DNA of 64,000 bases from an uncultured Desulfospira sp. (GTDB lineage: Bacteria > Desulfobacterota > Desulfobacteria > Desulfobacterales > Desulfobacteraceae). Below are positions 60,386 through 64,000 of the stretch, piece after piece. The notes beneath the pieces are model-generated. The model saw nothing but the letters and a program-made list of their open reading frames with translations. It was not told the origin of the DNA and ran no database searches. A program made the translations under genes and the position numbers. The number at the start of each line of letters is the position of its first letter. Position 1 is the first letter of the stretch. The stretch spans positions 4,192,001 to 4,256,000 of the forward strand of contig OY760175.1 in assembly GCA_963663165.1 (NCBI GenBank), in the 5' to 3' direction.

Positions 60386-61334
60386 TCCGGCCGTAAGACA
60401 GATCGGCCAGCAGGTTTCCCGCCACCACCATGATGGTAAACAGTAAAAATACGCCCTGAAGAACCGGCAGGTCCCGTGCCCGGATGGCCTCGTAGGTGAG
60501 CAGCCCGATCCCCGGCCAGGAGAAGACCGATTCGATGAATACGCTTCCGGTCATCAGGTGGGCGATTTGCAGGGGGATAAGGGTGGCCACCGGCAGCAGG
60601 GCATTGGGCAGGCAATGGCGGAACATCAGCCGCATGTCACCGATCCCCGCAGCCCTTGCCGTGATGACATAGTCTTCCCGCACCGTCATGGCCAGGGTGT
60701 TTCTGACCAGGTAGTAGGTGTTGGGCGCAGAACACAGCGATAGCACCAGCAGGGGCAAAACGGCATGGTGGGCAAGGTCAAGCACGCCAATTCCGCCTTC
60801 CAGGGCGCCCATGCCGGCAAAACCGCCCAAAGGAAAGATATTCAGACCGTATCCGAAAATAAGGATGGCAAGGATGGCCCAGATGTAGGACGGGACAGCG
60901 TTGATGAATAACGCACCAAAAAGCAGAAAAAAATCCCTCTTTTTTTCGGTGTACCATCCGGAATAACTGCCGATCAATACGCCAAGGACCAAAGACAATG
61001 CCTTGGCAGGGAACAAAAGCGCCAGGGACCAGAGCAGTTTATCAAGGATGAGCCCGCCCACCGGCCGGGCATAGGTAAAAGAGACGCCCCAGTCGCCCCG
61101 GAAAATATCAACGACATAATCCATGTACCGGACAATGACGGAACGGTCCAGATCGAACTGCCGTCCCAGCATTTGGGAATCAACGGCCAGGAACCGCCCG
61201 CCCGGCGCCGAGTCGAGCAGGTAGTCGACATAGGTGCCGGGCATGGCGTGCAACAGGCAGAAGCTGAGGGTGATGCCGACAGCCAGGGCCATCAGGGAGG
61301 ATATCCCCCGGGAAAGAAGATAGTCGTTTTCCAT
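60357..61334 (-). CDS. Peptide/nickel ABC permease (DppB-like)
   Basis: GDWGVS, YVITARAAG, IESVFSWPGIG and DPRV motifs. Confidence 0.92.
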   Translation of the reverse strand: MENDYLLSRGISSLMALAVGITLSFCLLHAMPGTYVDYLLDSAPGGRFLAVDSQMLGRQFDLDRSVIVRYMDYVVDIFRGDWGVSFTYARPVGGLILDKLLWSLALLFPAKALSLVLGVLIGSYSGWYTEKKRDFFLLFGALFINAVPSYIWAILAILIFGYGLNIFPLGGFAGMGALEGGIGVLDLAHHAVLPLLVLSLCSAPNTYYLVRNTLAMTVREDYVITARAAGIGDMRLMFRHCLPNALLPVATLIPLQIAHLMTGSVFIESVFSWPGIGLLTYEAIRARDLPVLQGVFLLFTIMVVAGNLLADLSYGRIDPRVQTGE

Positions 61335-61355
61335 TGGTTTTTTTGCCGGATCTGG

Positions 61356-62111
61356 TTACCTGGTCAAAAGGGTCTCGCAAAGGCCCTCAATATCCGGCAG
61401 CGCCATGTCCAGGGTCTGGCCGTTCAGGGCTGCGGAGAAAATTTCCGGTTTCTGGGGAATTCTGGCGATGATATCAACTTTCGGCATATGGCCGTTAAGC
61501 GCCTCTTCCACCTGTTCATTGAGTTTGTTGAGGACAAAACAGATCCGTTTTTCAGCCTTTTGAGCCATTTCCTGCATTTTTTGGGATAACAGCACCGACT
61601 CGTAGGTGGGGTCCACAATGCCCACGATGACATCGCATCCGGATTCCACCCCGCGGCCGAAATGCTCCACACCGGCCTCGGAATCGATCAGTACAATGTC
61701 GTTGTCCTCTGTTTTAAGGTTTTCCAGAAACATTTTGGAAAGGACCCCCATGGGGCAGGCACACCCTTCACCGAATTCCTCAATCTTGCCCACCGGCATG
61801 AGTTGAATCCCCTGGGCCTCGGAAAGGCAGTCCTCGGGGATATCTTCAATTTTCCAGCTGTCGGTAAACAGTTCCAGCGGGCGTCCTTTGGGAAAGGCCG
61901 CCATCATTTTTTCCTGTAAGGCCTTCTTTCCTCCCAGGTGGCCCAGCAAAGAGCCCTGGGCCGGGGTCCCCATGAGCCGGCCAAGGCCGACATTGCTTTC
62001 GTCTGCATCCACCACCAGCACCCGGTGTCCGCGCTGCTGAAACGCCCTTGCCAAAAGCACGGTAATGGTACTCTTGCCGCAACCGCCCTTACCGCATATC
62101 ATGATTTTCAT
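61356..62111 (-). CDS. CooC/AcsF-like nickel-insertion ATPase
   Basis: GKGGCGKST, DAD, GEGCACP and DSEAGVEHFGRG motifs. Confidence 0.88.
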   Translation of the reverse strand: MKIMICGKGGCGKSTITVLLARAFQQRGHRVLVVDADESNVGLGRLMGTPAQGSLLGHLGGKKALQEKMMAAFPKGRPLELFTDSWKIEDIPEDCLSEAQGIQLMPVGKIEEFGEGCACPMGVLSKMFLENLKTEDNDIVLIDSEAGVEHFGRGVESGCDVIVGIVDPTYESVLLSQKMQEMAQKAEKRICFVLNKLNEQVEEALNGHMPKVDIIARIPQKPEIFSAALNGQTLDMALPDIEGLCETLLTR

Positions 62112-62131
62112 TTGAGTTCCGTCCTTTCCAT

Positions 62132-63793
62132 TTATTGGGATTTGGCCGGCTGAACAGCCAGCAGGGTATAGAGGTCCACGAGATTTCCGTACATGGTTTC
62201 CACGGGACCTTGAAAAGCAATCTTGTCCTTCCGGTAGGCCATGAGTCCGTCGGACAGACAGACGGGCAAGGCGGGAACGTCCTTGGCCAGAACCGCCTGC
62301 ATGTCTAAAGCCAGCTGGTTTCTCTTCGAAGGGGTTGTGGTCCGGTGCAGTTCATCGGCCAGTTGGTCGAATTCTTCGCTGCTGTAACCATACCAGTTGG
62401 GCCTGTTGAAAAAGGACCGGGTTTGAAAATGGGTGAGGTCATCGGCGTTGTCGTGCATCAAATCCGGCATTCCCGACATGAACAGGTGGTTTTTGTGCAC
62501 CTCCTTGGACCACATGGAAAAATCAACCTGTTTGAGTTCAAGGGTGATCCCGAACCGTGAGAAATCCTCCCGAAGCACCTCGGCCATTTTTTTGACCACA
62601 CAGGCGGATCCTTTGCCCCCCAGTACGAAGATCAGCTTTACCGGGTTTCCTTCAGGATCGTGCAATACACCGTCTTTCATGGTGTATCCGGCACCGGTGA
62701 GCAATGCTTGGGCACGATCCGGGTCAAAGGTATAAGCGGTTTGATTCTTTTCAATGCAGTCGGCTGCATAACGGGGCATGAGCCAACTGGTCGCCGGGGC
62801 GCCATAACCGTGGAATACGAGTCTGGCAATCCGGTCCCGGTCTACCAGGTGGGCCAGCGCCCGCCGAAAGGCCGGGGAGGCGGTGGGGCCGATGCGGCAG
62901 TTGAAACAGAGCCCATAGAGCCGCTTGCCCGGATACCGGATCAGGGCCAGCTGATCCTGCCGTTCCAGGAGGGGGGCGATCCATGGCAGCACGGCATCTG
63001 CCGCATGGATTTCGCCTGATTTAAGGGCCAGATTGATGATGTCGGCATTTTTAATGACCCGTAAAACCACTTTTTCAAAGGCTGGTTTGGGGCCGTGGTA
63101 GCCGTCGAACCGCTGCATTTCAAAAAACTGGCCGGGAATCCGCCGCACAAAAGAAAACGGCCCGGTGCCGACGGGATGCTGGTCTTCGTAGCGCATGGGT
63201 TCTGCGATATCCTTCCAGATATGCCGGGGAATAACAGCAATTCCGGGGCAGTGGGAAAGATGGTCGAGAAACTCGGAAAAACTGTCTTTGAGATAAAAGG
63301 TCACCGTATGGTCATCCGGGCATTCCACGCTGTTTACCATCCACAGCACGGTGGAGAGCCACAGCTGTTTTTCTTTCATGTAATCATAGGTGAACTTTAC
63401 GTCTTGGGCCGTGAAGGGCTCCCCGTCATGCCAGCGGGCATTTTTTACCAGGGAAAAGGTCCACTCCCGGGCCGACGGGTCGCTTTGCCAGCCCTCGGCC
63501 AGCCAGCCGTCATATCCCCCCTGGCTGTTTTTGGTTACCAGCCCCTCGTACATCAGTGATCCGGTGGGGCCGCCCCCCTTATGAAGGATCGATCCTTTTA
63601 GGAAATCTTCCGTCACCGGCAGCACCAGGGGGTCGCCGGCAACGGCACCCGGGATGAACATCCAGAAAAGACACAAGAAGATACTCAGCCTTGCCAGGTT
63701 CTTTGTTCGACTCATCCACGGTTTTGCGTGGATGAGTCTTCCCCCTGAGGACGTTATCCGTTTTGACTTGGTTATGACTGTATGTGTTGTCAT
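62132..63793 (-). CDS. Peptide/nickel ABC substrate-binding protein (start uncertain)
   Basis: YEGLV, WHDGEPFTAQDVKFT and PVGTGPF motifs. Confidence 0.9.
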   Translation of the reverse strand: MTTHTVITKSKRITSSGGRLIHAKPWMSRTKNLARLSIFLCLFWMFIPGAVAGDPLVLPVTEDFLKGSILHKGGGPTGSLMYEGLVTKNSQGGYDGWLAEGWQSDPSAREWTFSLVKNARWHDGEPFTAQDVKFTYDYMKEKQLWLSTVLWMVNSVECPDDHTVTFYLKDSFSEFLDHLSHCPGIAVIPRHIWKDIAEPMRYEDQHPVGTGPFSFVRRIPGQFFEMQRFDGYHGPKPAFEKVVLRVIKNADIINLALKSGEIHAADAVLPWIAPLLERQDQLALIRYPGKRLYGLCFNCRIGPTASPAFRRALAHLVDRDRIARLVFHGYGAPATSWLMPRYAADCIEKNQTAYTFDPDRAQALLTGAGYTMKDGVLHDPEGNPVKLIFVLGGKGSACVVKKMAEVLREDFSRFGITLELKQVDFSMWSKEVHKNHLFMSGMPDLMHDNADDLTHFQTRSFFNRPNWYGYSSEEFDQLADELHRTTTPSKRNQLALDMQAVLAKDVPALPVCLSDGLMAYRKDKIAFQGPVETMYGNLVDLYTLLAVQPAKSQ

Positions 63794-63804
63794 GTTTTCC
63801 CCGG

Positions 63805-64000
63805 TTAAAACCGAAAACTCAGTTCAAAGGTAAACGATTGGTCCGTCATGGGATAACCCCGGGAATTTTCGTATTTTTCATTGAACAGGTTGTTGATATA
63901 AGCACTGATGGTCAGGTCCTTGATGCCATATTTGTTGTTGCTGTTGTAAAGGATCTGGGTGACCCCCAGATCGAATACGTTATACGCTGACATGTAATTG
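63805..64000 (-). CDS. TonB-dependent receptor, C-terminal fragment (continues beyond the window)
   Basis: INNLFNEKY motif and terminal ...ELSFRF (C-terminal Phe). Confidence 0.8.
   Translation of the reverse strand, partial: NYMSAYNVFDLGVTQILYNSNNKYGIKDLTISAYINNLFNEKYENSRGYPMTDQSFTFELSFRF

Noticed and set aside
1..64000. tRNA or rRNA genes
   Set aside because: None recognised by eye; tRNAscan-SE or Infernal would be needed to exclude them.

Overview
The window looks like chromosome from an anaerobic deltaproteobacterium, probably a Desulfobacterales-type sulfate reducer (inferred from gene content). 1-3607 is an integron: three AT-rich cassettes with long, mutually similar attC sites, an attI, and an IntI with an extra N-terminal domain. 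5529-9646 is a five-gene RIT-like (recombinase-in-trio) element. It has terminal inverted repeats and a duplicated CTCCAA core, and it is inserted into a ~220-bp heptamer-palindrome repeat. An uninterrupted copy of that repeat lies at 41500-41679. 14084-16839 is a 2.76-kb IS with 26-bp TIRs, an 8-bp TSD and an orfA/orfB -1 frameshift signal; it clips the 3' end of a DUF4139 gene. A 152-bp MITE with an 8-bp TSD sits just upstream of the aldehyde:ferredoxin oxidoreductase gene. The rest is mostly metabolic and transport genes: TAXI-TRAP, SDR, HerA/DUF87 ATPase, tcdA-tatD-aroQ, AOR-moaD-moeA-moeA, iorAB, hslO, vapBC, macAB-OMF, deaD, XRE-aconitase X-TRAP, an enoate-reductase-like flavoenzyme, a DASS transporter, a corrinoid methyltransferase pair, a frameshifted secreted GH-like protein, and a TonB receptor/ABC/CooC/methyltransferase operon. 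Several families of intergenic palindromes and 7-nt tandem repeats are scattered throughout. Product calls come from motif recognition only; no database searches were run.
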